In this document: positions 62,471 through 64,000 of the stretch, piece after piece
How positions within the stretch are numbered: the stretch's first letter is position 1
Layout: the number at the start of each line of letters is the position of its first letter
DNA from: Bilabrum cf. latius
Taxonomy: Eukaryota
DNA: 64,000 nt
NCBI GenBank assembly: GCA_965178125.1
Contig: OZ237771.1
Location: 62,001-126,000 of the forward strand
Reading direction: 5' to 3'
Position numbers and translations under genes: made by a program
Notes under the pieces: model-generated
Told to the model about the DNA's origin: nothing
Databases searched by the model: none
Seen by the model: the letters and a program-made list of their open reading frames with translations, nothing else

Positions 62471-63641
62471 GGCAGGCAGTGCGAGGCGTTCACAAAGATC
62501 GGGTGAGCAGCAGCGGTGACTGAGGCAGGCAGTGCAAGGTGCTCACATAGATCGGGTGAGCAGCAGCGGTGACTGAGGCAGGCAGTGCCAGGTGCTCACA
62601 TAGATCGGGTGAGCAGCAGCGGTGACTGAGGCAGGCAGTGCAAGGTGCTCACATAGATCGGGTGAGCAGCAGCGGTGACTGAGGCAGGCAGTGCGAGGCG
62701 CTCACATAGATCGGGTGAGCAGCAGCGGTGACTGAGGCAGGCAGTGCGAGGCGCTCACATAGATCGGGTGAGCAGCAGCGGTGACTGAGGCAGGCAGTGC
62801 GAGGCGCTCACATAGATCGGGTGAGCAGCAGCGGTGACTGAGGCAGGCAGTGCGAGGCGTTCACAAAGATCGGGTGAGCAGCAGCGGTGACTGAGGCAGG
62901 CAGTGCAAGGTGCTCACATAGATCGGGTGAGCAGCAGCGGTGACTGAGGCAGGCAGTGCAAGGTGCTCACATAGATCGGGTGAGCAGCAGCGGTGACTGA
63001 GGCAGGCAGTGCAAGGTGCTCACATAGATCGGGTGAGCAGCAGCGGTGACTGAGGCAGGCAGTGCGAGGCGCTCACATAGATCGGGTGAGCAGCAGCGGT
63101 GACTGAGGCAGGCAGTGCAAGGTGCTCACATAGATCGGGTGAGCAGCAGCGGTGACTGAGGCAGGCAGTGCGAGGCGCTCACATAGATCGGGTGAGCAGC
63201 AGCGGTGACTGAGGCAGGCAGTGCAAGGTGCTCACATAGATCGGGTGAGCAGCAGCGGTGACTGAGGCAGGCAGTGCAAGGTGCTCACATAGATCGGGTG
63301 AGCAGCAGCGGTGACTGAGGCAGGCAGTGCAAGGTGCTCACATAGATCGGGTGAGCAGCAGCGGTGACTGAGGCAGGCAGTGCGAGGCGTTCACATAGAT
63401 CGGGTGAGCAGCAGCGGTGACTGAGGCAGGCAGTGCGAGGCGTTCACAAAGATCGGGTGAGCAGCAGCGGTGACTGAGGCAGGCAGTGCAAGGTGCTCAC
63501 ATAGATCGGGTGAGCAGCAGCGGTGACTGAGGCAGGCAGTGCAAGGTGCTCACATAGATCGGGTGAGCAGCAGCGGTGACTGAGGCAGGCAGTGCAAGGT
63601 GCTCACATAGATCGGGTGAGCAGCAGCGGTGACAGAGGCAG
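62453..63641. repeat. 53-bp tandem repeat array, ~22 copies
   Basis: Unit AGCAGCAGCGGTGACTGAGGCAGGCAGTGC[A/G]AGG[T/C]G[C/T]TCACA[T/A]AGATCGGGTG. The GGGTGAG anchor recurs every 53 bp from 62501 to 63614. Confidence 0.95.
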
Positions 63642-64000
63642 CCCATGAGGGGTTCACTGCATGATATTTGCTCTCCTCCCGGCCCAGGAGAGGCGCGTCT
63701 TCTGGCCGTGAGGGAGGAGGCTGGGTCAGCTGGGCAAGTGTTAAATCGCAAGCTTGCGTGGTTGGTGCTGACCGAGGCGGACACGTGCGAAGTTGAGGTA
63801 TCATGCTTCGCCCGATTTCTTGATACGAGCAGGGCACTGGTGGGGTCATGCAAGCAAATATCAGATTGCAAGGGTCAACCGAAGGACTCTCAGGTCTGAT
63901 TGCAGGCCACAAACATGGCATGCGACCATCAAGGCGGATGCGACCGCGAGTGCAGCATGACACCGGGAAGGCACGATCCCGGCCTGCCATTTCTATCATA

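Noticed and set aside
62453-63641. CRISPR array
   Set aside because: Units are contiguous and near-identical with no unique spacers; there are no cas genes; the context is eukaryotic.

Overview
GC-rich, gene-dense eukaryotic nuclear DNA with short GT-AG introns, from a protist (possibly a bicosoecid-like stramenopile; taxonomy is inference only). The main result is a non-standard nuclear genetic code: TAG is read as glutamine, while TAA and TGA remain stops. Most 'fragmented' ORFs in the supplied track join in frame across TAG into complete genes. TAG sits at conserved Gln positions (GT48 IDxNQD and Q-R motifs) and aligns to CAG/CAA in paralogous genes. Read with TAG=Gln, the window encodes: IST1; a BLOC1S2-like protein; an ankyrin protein; a ~2,700-aa beta-1,3-glucan synthase (GT48) carrying an N-terminal glycoside-hydrolase-like domain; a membrane pyroglutamyl-peptidase-like protein; two convergent, greatly expanded sensor histidine kinases; a triple bulb-type lectin; a Clu/TPR protein; a DHYC-type palmitoyltransferase; and a mitochondrial carrier. 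A 3.9-kb Ngaro-type tyrosine-recombinase retrotransposon (split direct repeats A1..B1-A2-B2, no gag, itself using TAG=Gln) is inserted into the 3' end of one kinase. The window ends in a ~22-copy 53-bp tandem array. All alignments and translations were done by eye.
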